Assembly (NCBI GenBank): GCA_964401925.1
Contig: CAYOAK010000004.1
Span: 1 to 41,004, forward strand
Direction of reading: 5' to 3'
From: an uncultured Bdellovibrionales bacterium
Lineage (GTDB): Bacteria; Bdellovibrionota_C; UBA2361; SZUA-149; JADYYL01
Length of the DNA stretch: 41,004 nucleotides
Part shown: positions 1-7,878 of the stretch, in pieces
How the letters are laid out: each line of letters starts with the position of its first letter
Position numbering within the stretch: the stretch's first letter is position 1
The notes under the pieces: generated by a model
Database searches by the model: none
Seen by the model: the letters and a program-made list of their open reading frames with translations, nothing else
Told to the model about the DNA's origin: nothing
Made by a program: the position numbers and the translations under genes

Positions 1-37
1 CGATTGAATTCGTCGGAAAATTTTGTTAGTCACTGTC

Positions 38-53
38 CGGCGCGTTGCTTGCA
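38..53 (+). promoter_or_regulatory. putative sigma-54 (-24/-12) promoter upstream of the PEP-CTERM gene
   Basis: CGGCGCG-TTGC-TTGCA (38-53) fits the consensus TGGCACG-N4-TTGCW with correct GG-N10-GC spacing. There are two mismatches in the -24 box. The site lies about 75 nt upstream of the ATG at 130. This is a sequence match only. Confidence 0.35.
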
Positions 54-129
54 TAATCCGAGGAGCCATAACGAAGGAAGTTTTTAAGGGTGTTCAGCCG
101 GATAGCCTGGCCTCACCTGCGGGAAAAAT

Positions 130-876
130 ATGAGTCTTAAGCGGTCAGTAATTACAGCCTCTCTCTTCGTCCTCTTTGGAGCGGGTGAGGCCCTTGCGAG
201 CTCGGTGACATTTCCGACGACGGGATACACCCTCTCTCTCGGAAACATCGACATGCGGACCTATGACGGTCCGGGCTTCAACACGATCAATAAGGTATTC
301 CCGGCCCAGCCGTCGAATTTCCTTGAGATTGGAAGCTTTAACGGTGGAACGAACGGCGTCGAGTACGAGATGTATTTTCTCTCGAGCGTTGCCTTCTACA
401 AAGATCAGAACGAATTCGGCCTGATGAACGACAACGGCGATTTCGTCTCGTCGGTCAAGGGTTCGAGCGCGCTCGGTTCGAAAGCGACGTATTCTCAGGG
501 CTCAAATGAGAACCTGAAGTTCGCCTTTAAGAGCCCGGAGTCGACCTTCTACACCCAAGCGGCAAAGAATGCGGACGGCCAAGTGCACATGCTTGGAATT
601 CAGTTCACGCAGGACGGACTGCTGACCATCCCCAGCGCAGATCTGCACGGCGGATACACTGAATTCTTCGTCAACGCTTCGACCGACACGCTCTTCTTCA
701 TGGAAGACATGATGCTCAATAGCAATTTCCAGCTGAACAACGGCACGGATAACGATTACAATGACTTCGTTGTTCTCGTCCGTGCTAAGGCAAAGGAAGT
801 TCCGGAGCCGGCAACTCTTCTGCTCCTCGGAGCCGGGTCGTTGATGGCCTTCCACAGACGCCGCCAAGCGGCCTAA
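130..876 (+). CDS. secreted PEP-CTERM sorting-domain protein (DUF4114-like DYNDFVV motif)
   Basis: N-terminal Sec-type signal MSLKRSVITASLFVLFGAGEALA. The C-terminus VPEPATLLLLGAGSLMAFHRRRQAA (nt 799-873) is a PEP motif, a hydrophobic helix and an Arg cluster, which is the exosortase sorting signal. A strong terminator follows. Confidence 0.85.
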   Translation: MSLKRSVITASLFVLFGAGEALASSVTFPTTGYTLSLGNIDMRTYDGPGFNTINKVFPAQPSNFLEIGSFNGGTNGVEYEMYFLSSVAFYKDQNEFGLMNDNGDFVSSVKGSSALGSKATYSQGSNENLKFAFKSPESTFYTQAAKNADGQVHMLGIQFTQDGLLTIPSADLHGGYTEFFVNASTDTLFFMEDMMLNSNFQLNNGTDNDYNDFVVLVRAKAKEVPEPATLLLLGAGSLMAFHRRRQAA

Positions 877-897
877 CCAAACACCCAATTGGTGAAG

Positions 898-933
898 AGC
901 GCCCCTCGAGGGCGCTTTTTTTTGCCTTTTTTT
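898..933 (+). terminator. rho-independent terminator
   Basis: Hairpin AGCGCCC-CTCGA-GGGCGCT (898-916) is followed by T8-GCC-T7, about 20 nt after the stop codon at 874-876. Confidence 0.8.
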
Positions 934-1106
934 CCGGGAGAGGGAAGGCATCTGATCGGATCGGATCGCATCCTCGACAAGTTGCCCCGGAGCGCTGATT
1001 CGCCGCCCCGAACACTCCCAATAACTTATAAGCCACACGAGAAGTCATTTCCCGGAGCTGGCTCCCGCGTAGGGATGGGAAAGGGTGCATCATTCATCGT
1101 AAAGTC

Positions 1107-1298
1107 ATGTCTGCAATTCAAACCGGCCCGAATATCCAACAGCCAACAATCACGAAGGGGTCATCGAGTCTCGCGCTGGCGGATCTGAAACCGGCCGTCC
1201 TCTTCGGCGATCCGACGTTGACGGTCAACGAACGGGTTCAGCTGATCTCGGTCTTCGCCGATAAACAGAAGTTCGACCTCGCAAACAAGAAGGCCTGA
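1107..1298 (+). CDS. hypothetical small protein (63 aa)
   Basis: Open frame with coding-like codon usage. Its TGA (1296-1298) shares one nt with the ATG of the next ORF (TGATG). No family recognised. Confidence 0.45.
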   Translation: MSAIQTGPNIQQPTITKGSSSLALADLKPAVLFGDPTLTVNERVQLISVFADKQKFDLANKKA

Positions 1299-1807
1299 TG
1301 TTCGGGTTTCTCTGGAAATCGCAAGAACGGCCGAGCGCCGCCCCGGGTGAGGCCGTTCCGGCAGTACTCGGCGCCGGGCAGGTCGCGCGATTTCAGGAGC
1401 AGGACCATCCATTCAAGAGAGAGTTCGACCTTGAGATTGAGAGCTGGTGCTACGGCCTGACCCGCCTGTCTGAGACCCCCCTTCCAAAAGTCGTGTTTTG
1501 TGTCGTCCGGGAGCTCCGTCCGATGCTCGCTCGCGCGCTTGCAAGCGGGTACGTATTCAATATCCAGTCGGTTGCAGACCGGATTGCTATCGCCGCTCGA
1601 GGCTCTGTCGAGCAGAAGGCGATTGCCTTCGCTCTGCTCGCGATACTGCCCGAACCGGGAACGCTTCCCCTCGAGCAAAAGCGGCTGTTCGCGACAATCG
1701 TTGCGCAGGTTGAAGCATCGCACGGCGGTGCAGTCGATCGGGTGCGCCAGCGGATGAGCCGCGCCGATCAAGCCCCGGCGAATCAGAACTCAGCAGCGAA
1801 TCCTTAG
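1298..1807 (+). CDS. hypothetical protein (169 aa)
   Basis: Open frame translationally coupled to the upstream 63-aa ORF. Predicted to be largely helical and soluble. No family recognised. Confidence 0.6.
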   Translation: MFGFLWKSQERPSAAPGEAVPAVLGAGQVARFQEQDHPFKREFDLEIESWCYGLTRLSETPLPKVVFCVVRELRPMLARALASGYVFNIQSVADRIAIAARGSVEQKAIAFALLAILPEPGTLPLEQKRLFATIVAQVEASHGGAVDRVRQRMSRADQAPANQNSAANP

Positions 1808-1852
1808 CCGCCGCGACTGCCGTCCGGGCAGTCGAATGGCGTTTTGAAACTT

Positions 1853-1943
1853 CTAGAGCCGTCCTGGTTTCGTCCCGGTACGATTTGACGGCCCAAAGGG
1901 CCGACAGGATTTCCTATATAGGACGGCTCTAGGCTTTTGTTTC
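1853..1943. terminator. long-range inverted repeat with U-tract at a convergent gene junction (possible bidirectional terminator or structured RNA)
   Basis: Perfect 13-nt arms CTAGAGCCGTCCT (1853-1865) and AGGACGGCTCTAG (1920-1932) enclose a 54-nt loop. The loop contains an inner hairpin CGGCCC-AAA-GGGCCG (1889-1903). GCTTTTGTTTC follows on the + strand. Confidence 0.4.
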
Positions 1944-2075
1944 GCTCCGAAAAGAGCGCATCCAGCGCACTTTCTACGCATTACGGAGGCGGCAAGCCCT
2001 TGCACGCCTCCGCCGGTCGCCATCCAAGGCGACCGATAGAGCGGTTTCCTCTGCCACAACGAACTTAGTACCGCT

Positions 2076-4388
2076 CTAATCCCGCTGCTTACCGGGCGCC
2101 TGGAGCATTCCGGCGAGAAGCGCATTCTCCTCCTCCTCTTCCGGCACCTCCTCTTCCTTCAGCCGCACAAGCTTTGAATACGGATTCGGGAGCAGGTGCG
2201 ATTCCCGGCCCCACGTAACGAGTGCGAGATGCTCCTCGGCACGGGTTGCTGCGACGTAGAGGAGATTCTTTGACTGAGCGCTCTTCGGATAATTCTCGGC
2301 GCTCGGGTTCCAGATCAGCACGTGCGGGAACTCGAGACCTTTCACCTGCTCGACTGCGCAGACGATGATCCCTTCCTCGAAGCTGAAGCCCGATTCGTTT
2401 CCAAGGCGCACTGCTGAGCCGAAGGTCGGTTCCAACATGCTATGGGCGATTCCGGCCTCGCGTGTTGAGCGGCAGATAACAACGGAGATCGAATCCGGAT
2501 ATTTCTCGGCGATTCGTCCGAGCCAGCCGATCGCTTCGGCGACCCCGGAATTGTCATTCAAGCATTTCAACCAGAGCGGTGCCGGTCCTTGCCGTCCATC
2601 CGTCGTCCGCCGCTCCCCGAGGATGAAATCCGCAAATTGCATGATCTGCAGACTTGAACGGTGGGAGACCGTCAGCTTCATGAACTGCGAGAGCGAGTCT
2701 CCGATCTTCCAGAAGGTTCGCAGCTTCTCCCACCCGGGGAAGGTCGATTCGGCATGCAGCTCTTGAGCCGCATCTCCGACGACGGTGAGCTGCGAGAGCT
2801 TTTCTACTGAGCCAATCACCGTCGCAAGCTCCACCGGGCTGAAGTCCTGAACTTCATCGACCACGACGTGCTTGTAGAGTCCGAATTGTCCATCCCGGAT
2901 CTTGATCCGCGAATTCTTCAACTGGTAAAGCCGGAGGAGGAGCGCATCCTCGGCGGCATCGAAGCTGAGCGCCTCACCGCTCTTTTTCATCGAGTCTGCG
3001 GCAGCGAGGATCAGCTCCGAGTCGAGTAATCCGCTCTCGTCGCGGCGCATGATCTCATCCGGCCGGGAGAGAATCTGCACTGCATCTTGCCAATACATCT
3101 CGCAACGCGCTGCCATCGTCTCGAGCGATTCGAGCAAAGGCTTTCCTTCGGAGGCGGGGAGCGCGCTCCATTCCGGAACTGCACGCACCTCGGCGATGAC
3201 GTTCCGGAGAACCTCCATCATCGATGGCTGCGGAATACGCGCGGGAGGATCAGCACTGAGCTGCTCCTTCAAACGCTGAATCATCTTTAGCGTTGAGGGC
3301 GACAGTCGTTGCAGGGGCGCACTGCGTTCGAGCTCATCGATGACACGGCGCTTTTGTTTGAGCGCATATTCTTCGAGCACCGTCAGGATCGCCATCGAAC
3401 GCTTCACTCGCTCGATCCCGAGCGGGTGAATCCCTTCCGGCAGAATCTGCGGATGGAAATTGTGCTCAGTCACTGCGGCATAAACCGTCGCGAGAGTACG
3501 TTCCGCCCATTCCGTATAGGTCAGGACTTCAACCCCCTTCAACCCAAGCTGAGGCAGCGAACGAAGGATGTAGCCTTTCAAGATCTTGCTGCGGATGATG
3601 ATCACCGTCTCTTCCGGCTTCAGCTCGCTGCCCTCGCGTTGAAGGAGCCATGCCAAACGGTACATCGCGACCGTTGTCTTCCCGGATCCGGCGACCCCTT
3701 GAATGAGCACGGCTGAGTTCGCGTTTTCAGTGATAGCTTTGAACTGCTCCGGTGTGATGAGGGAAAGGACATCCGGCAGCGAGCCGTACTCTTTCGCTTT
3801 TCTTCCAGTCAGCCCGCCGGCTTCCTTCCATTCTCCCTCTTCTTTGACGAACTCACCGTAGCGGCAGCTCAGACGGTGGAGCTTTCCTCCGGAGATCTCG
3901 AGCTTGTTCCGGACGAGAATCTTTCCCTCCCGCTCACGGCCCTGAATGACCTCGGAGTATTCGTCTCCCTCCTTGAATTCATAATAGAGCCGGGAAAGCG
4001 GAGCTTTCTTCCAGTCGATAATCCGGCAATCGATGTTCGGGCTGAGCCCGATTTTGTATTCAATTCGTTGAACCTTTCCGTTCGGATGGGTCTCTTCGAG
4101 CACAATCCGCGCGATATAGGGCCGGTCGAGCAGCTTCTCGAGTCCCTCGAGCTCATCGCGCTTCATCTCGCTGAGCTTCCGGGAAACCGCCTGGTCGGAG
4201 ATGAGCTGCTGCTTGTCCTCATCGAGCCGGGAGGAGCGAATCTGTTCCTCGTAGTCGTGCACGGCATCGGTTTCGAGACCCAGCCTGCGCCGTCCGGTCT
4301 GGAGCTGCTCCTGAAGGGAGGTGAGGACTGCGCGCAGCCCCGCCTCCTCTTCTTCAATCATTGCCAGCGCTTCAGCCGAAATCGTCAT
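2076..4388 (-). CDS. helD: HelD / helicase IV-like UvrD-family SF1 helicase
   Basis: 770 aa. Walker A GVAGSGKTTVA, motif II VVVDEVQDF and the C-terminal motif LLYVAATRAEEHL are present. The N-terminus is a coiled coil followed by RPYIARIVLEE...IIDWKKAPLSRLYY, which resembles the HelD signature PYFGRIDF...DWRAPI..LYY. Confidence 0.8.
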   Translation of the reverse strand: MTISAEALAMIEEEEAGLRAVLTSLQEQLQTGRRRLGLETDAVHDYEEQIRSSRLDEDKQQLISDQAVSRKLSEMKRDELEGLEKLLDRPYIARIVLEETHPNGKVQRIEYKIGLSPNIDCRIIDWKKAPLSRLYYEFKEGDEYSEVIQGREREGKILVRNKLEISGGKLHRLSCRYGEFVKEEGEWKEAGGLTGRKAKEYGSLPDVLSLITPEQFKAITENANSAVLIQGVAGSGKTTVAMYRLAWLLQREGSELKPEETVIIIRSKILKGYILRSLPQLGLKGVEVLTYTEWAERTLATVYAAVTEHNFHPQILPEGIHPLGIERVKRSMAILTVLEEYALKQKRRVIDELERSAPLQRLSPSTLKMIQRLKEQLSADPPARIPQPSMMEVLRNVIAEVRAVPEWSALPASEGKPLLESLETMAARCEMYWQDAVQILSRPDEIMRRDESGLLDSELILAAADSMKKSGEALSFDAAEDALLLRLYQLKNSRIKIRDGQFGLYKHVVVDEVQDFSPVELATVIGSVEKLSQLTVVGDAAQELHAESTFPGWEKLRTFWKIGDSLSQFMKLTVSHRSSLQIMQFADFILGERRTTDGRQGPAPLWLKCLNDNSGVAEAIGWLGRIAEKYPDSISVVICRSTREAGIAHSMLEPTFGSAVRLGNESGFSFEEGIIVCAVEQVKGLEFPHVLIWNPSAENYPKSAQSKNLLYVAATRAEEHLALVTWGRESHLLPNPYSKLVRLKEEEVPEEEEENALLAGMLQAPGKQRD

Positions 4389-4517
4389 ACGTATGTGAGA
4401 AGTTTTTTTTGTCCGGTCCCCCTCCCGAACTTGCCGGGATGCATGCCGCCATAAAGGGGGCGCCGGTAGTTATCAGCTTTACCGCCCGGGTAAAAGAGGG
4501 TTCGATGGCACCTCTTC

Positions 4518-5765
4518 ATGCTCAAGCTCCTTGCAAAAAATGCTCCGTTTCGCCGGTTGGCGATCGCCCAATGGATTAGCTTCTGCGGCGACTGGTTTAA
4601 CCTGATCGCCATCGTGACGCTGCTCGGTCCGGAGAAGCGTGAATCGGCATTTACGATCGCTCTAGCGCTCATTCTTAAGCAGCTTCCGGTGGTGGTGTTC
4701 ACACCGGTCGCCGGAATTTTCAGCGACCGCTTCGAACGCCGTCGAATCATGATCGCAAGCGACCTCCTGCGCGCAATCCTCGTGCTGGTATTGATTATCG
4801 TCGAGCCGACACGGGGCTCCATTCTGACGATCGTTACGCTGCTGACTATCGCGGGTGCGTTCTTCGAACCGGCCCGGACGGCGAGTATCCCTCAGCTCGT
4901 CGATGTCCAGGATATCCGGCTGGCAAGCGGACTTGCGGCCACCTTCTTTCCGGTCGGCCTGCTCTTCGGCGCGGCACTCGGCGGCCTCGTCACCGAATAC
5001 GGAGGCGTCAACTTCGCCCTGCTCCTTGATGCAGCCTCGTTTATTGTTTCAGCGATTTTTCTGAGCAAACTTCCGCCGCTCAATCCCCGTTCGGCCGATT
5101 CCGCTTCGGCGAACTCTGCTCCGGCGAGATCGATCACATTCCGCGAGTTCTTCCGGACGAAGATCCCGACCGCCGATCACCGCATCGCGATGCTGATCAA
5201 AGGGCTCTTCGGCCTCGGCGGAGCGGCGTATCTCGTTCAGCTCACAATCTCCGCGCAACTCAACATTGGAGAGACCGGGGCGGTCGGTCTCGGGGCGATG
5301 CTTTTCTGCCGCGCGCTGGGAGCGCTGAGCGGCGGTTTATTCGGGCCGCATCTTTTCCGGGATGGGGATGAGATGAAGGGTATACGTATCGGATTTTTTT
5401 CGGTGGCGCTTGCCTATTTTGTCGTCGCTCTGACTGATCGACTTTCACTCTTCCTGCCGGCGATCTTTCTTGGCCACATGGGATCCTGTTTTATCTGGGT
5501 CTTCTCGAGTATCTGGATGCACCGGCTGTTCGGCAATGAGGAGCGGGGGCGGGCGTTTGGCGCCGATTTTTCCCTGAACATGCTGACATCCTCGGTGTCG
5601 ACGCTCGTCGCCGGTTACGCCATCCAGGCCGGAATGGCATCGGACCAGTCGGTGGCTTTCTGGTGCGCAACGATCTGGTTCATGATTGGCGTTCTTCTGT
5701 TCCGCGTCAGGCCAAACACTGCTTCAACACGGTCAGTCCCTGTTCCAGTACCGGTCGCGGCGTAA
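4518..5765 (+). CDS. MFS transporter (EntS/MFS_3-like)
   Basis: 415 aa with multiple hydrophobic helices. The N-terminus FRRLAIAQWISFCGDWFNLIAIVTLL and the loop FSDRFERRRIM are typical of this MFS subgroup. Confidence 0.8.
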   Translation: MLKLLAKNAPFRRLAIAQWISFCGDWFNLIAIVTLLGPEKRESAFTIALALILKQLPVVVFTPVAGIFSDRFERRRIMIASDLLRAILVLVLIIVEPTRGSILTIVTLLTIAGAFFEPARTASIPQLVDVQDIRLASGLAATFFPVGLLFGAALGGLVTEYGGVNFALLLDAASFIVSAIFLSKLPPLNPRSADSASANSAPARSITFREFFRTKIPTADHRIAMLIKGLFGLGGAAYLVQLTISAQLNIGETGAVGLGAMLFCRALGALSGGLFGPHLFRDGDEMKGIRIGFFSVALAYFVVALTDRLSLFLPAIFLGHMGSCFIWVFSSIWMHRLFGNEERGRAFGADFSLNMLTSSVSTLVAGYAIQAGMASDQSVAFWCATIWFMIGVLLFRVRPNTASTRSVPVPVPVAA

Positions 5766-6843
5766 CGGCCGAGATCAGAAAATGCGCTGCTGCGCCGTCA
5801 CCGTAAAAAAATCCTGGATGGACGAGCACACCTGCCTCATCGAGAAGACTCAGGGCGAGTGCTTCCGAGTCCGCCGCGTGAATCAGTTTTGGAAAGACGA
5901 AAGTTCCTGCCGCCGGCATTCGCAGCTCGATACCCCGGCATGGTGTGAGCTCATCGATGATCAGCTGAATGTTCGAACGAATCTCTGCGCGCATCCCATC
6001 TATCAGCGCACTCTTCGCCTCGAAGATTCCGGGCACGCAATGCTGCAACATTGAGCTCGCGGAGAGATAGAGATCATTCAAATGCTCAAGACGATCTCCA
6101 TACTGCTCGAAGGCCATGCTATTTAAAGCAATCCAGCCAAGCTTCAGATCGGGGAGCGCTGCGAGCTTCGAGAGGCCATGCAGATGAAATACCGGACGGC
6201 GAGCGGCGATTGAGGTGAACGGTCTCACCGGCTCGCCGCCCCATACATACTCGCAGAAAACTTCATCTGCGATGATCGGCGCATGAGAGGCGCTGAGCCA
6301 TGCCGGAGGAACGCGCATGATTACGCCTGTCGGATTGTGCGGCGAGACGACGCAGATGGCGCTCACTTTTCCGAGCTCGGCATCTTCAGAATAGCGCCAC
6401 CCGCACGATTCATAATGCAGCGGATAAGGGAGACACTGAAGGCGCGCCTCTGCCGCGATCTGCTCGATGAGCGGATATCCGACCGAGGGAATAGCGACTT
6501 GCTCACCCGGCTCGCCCAAAAGTGAGAAAAGCAGGCGATAGCCCTCGGATGTGCTTGCGGTGAAAAAGATCCCGTCCGGGGCGACATCTGCTGCTCCCCG
6601 CTCGGTGTAGTAGGCCGCTACGGCCTCCCTTGCGCTTCGAAGTCCCCGCGGATCCGGCCGGTATCGCCGTTCAAGCAGGTATTCGCTACAAAGCCGGGTC
6701 AATATCGAGGGAGAGATGCGCGAAGTGAGATTGGTCAGGTTTGAGTCGGATAGATCGAGGATAGGTTTACCCGCGAGCATGCGCTCGCGCTTCCGCTCTT
6801 CGAGCGGGTTCGGAGTGAGGTCGATCTGCGAGAGGTATCCCAT
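5707..6843 (-). CDS. class I/II PLP-dependent aminotransferase
   Basis: The tracked ORF runs to 7122, but the family-typical N-terminus (SQIDLTPNPL...GKPILDLSDSN) begins at Met94 of that ORF (ATG at 6843-6841). The PLP-Lys region is HGLSKLAALPDLKLGWIAL. An alternative start is Met115 (6780). Confidence 0.8.
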   Translation of the reverse strand: MGYLSQIDLTPNPLEERKRERMLAGKPILDLSDSNLTNLTSRISPSILTRLCSEYLLERRYRPDPRGLRSAREAVAAYYTERGAADVAPDGIFFTASTSEGYRLLFSLLGEPGEQVAIPSVGYPLIEQIAAEARLQCLPYPLHYESCGWRYSEDAELGKVSAICVVSPHNPTGVIMRVPPAWLSASHAPIIADEVFCEYVWGGEPVRPFTSIAARRPVFHLHGLSKLAALPDLKLGWIALNSMAFEQYGDRLEHLNDLYLSASSMLQHCVPGIFEAKSALIDGMRAEIRSNIQLIIDELTPCRGIELRMPAAGTFVFPKLIHAADSEALALSLLDEAGVLVHPGFFYGDGAAAHFLISAVTPRPVLEQGLTVLKQCLA

Positions 6844-7878
6844 ATGAGTAGCGGCGCCGGTTCCGCCCGGGGGATTCTCTATCTCTTTTGGAATGAGTTT
6901 CAAGGTGCGCTCGAGGAAGAACTTCGCTCGAGCGGCGCGAAGCCGACGACGCATCCTTTCGGCTTTGAGATCGCGCTCGCCGAAGGGGAGGCTCCGCCCC
7001 AGGCCGCATTTGCCCGTCAGGTCCTTGCGGATCCGATCATCCTGAACAACGAATCGATCCGTCAGATTGCAGAGAAGCTTCATGAGATCGTTCCTGACAA
7101 TCTTACCGAGTGGCAGTTTCATTCTTTCACCACGTTGGAGCGCGGTGGTGAGCGCCGAGCCGAGCTCGTCGCCGAAGCAGTGCGAGAGATCCTCAAGAAG
7201 CGCCGAGGGCGGACTTTAAAAGCCCTCAAGCGCGAAGGCCGGGAAGGGGGCCTGCTTCAGCATGTCGTCACGGGCGCAGAGCAGAGTGTGATCTCGTTCG
7301 TTTCCGCTGAGCGAAGGGCCGAGCTTGGAGATCTTGTATGCCCGTTCGCCGAAGGGCGAGTGGCGATCGATCCCGACCCGAGACCACCGGCTCGCGCATA
7401 CCTGAAGCTGGTTGAGGCGATGAAGCTTTTCGGAGTTGAGATTCAGCCGCAAGAAACCGTTGCAGACCTCGGATGCACGCCGGGAAGCTGGGCATGGATC
7501 GCACTCAACCTTGGGGCCACAGTGACGGGCGTCGACCGCTCTGCGCCGGAGCCAAGTGTGATGCATCATCCCCGGTTCGAATTTAAGTCGGGAGATGCAT
7601 TTAAGTTCGTTCCGGCGGGGCCGGTGGATTGGCTGCTCTGCGACGTTATCGCGGAGCCCGCTCGAACTCTGTCGCTCCTGGAGGAATGGCTGTCCGCCGG
7701 ACGCATGCGCTCGTTCTGCGTAACGATGAAATTTAAAGGGGAGAAGCGGGGCGCGGAGATTCAGAAGATGCGGGCTCTCCTTCGAGAGCGCTCGTCGCGC
7801 TGGATACTCCGGCATCTGGAGAACAACGGGAATGAGGTAACCGCGATCGGGAGCGCGATTGCAGAAAGAAAGCCATGA
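6844..7878 (+). CDS. rlmM: 23S rRNA 2'-O-ribose methyltransferase RlmM-like (FtsJ fold)
   Basis: The C-terminal half matches E. coli RlmM as recalled from memory. [11 protein letters not shown] matches [19 protein letters not shown]...[22 protein letters not shown] matches EDGFKFRP...[31 protein letters not shown] matches NLKLPMKKR. Confidence 0.75.
   Translation: [344 protein letters not shown]

Noticed and set aside
1853-2125. 90-aa minus-strand ORF in the convergent intergenic region
   Set aside because: It overlaps the helD 3' end and the inverted-repeat element, has a basic low-complexity composition and lacks an RBS.
2076-4388. UvrD-like helicase as the core of a phage-defence system (Gabija-like or similar)
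   Set aside because: No nuclease, ATPase or other partner gene lies in the same transcription unit. The N-terminal HelD-type signature points to RNAP-associated helicase IV/HelD instead.
6844-7122. 93-aa N-terminal extension of the aminotransferase ORF
   Set aside because: It overlaps the rlmM 5' end on the opposite strand, and the family-typical N-terminus starts at the internal Met (6843).
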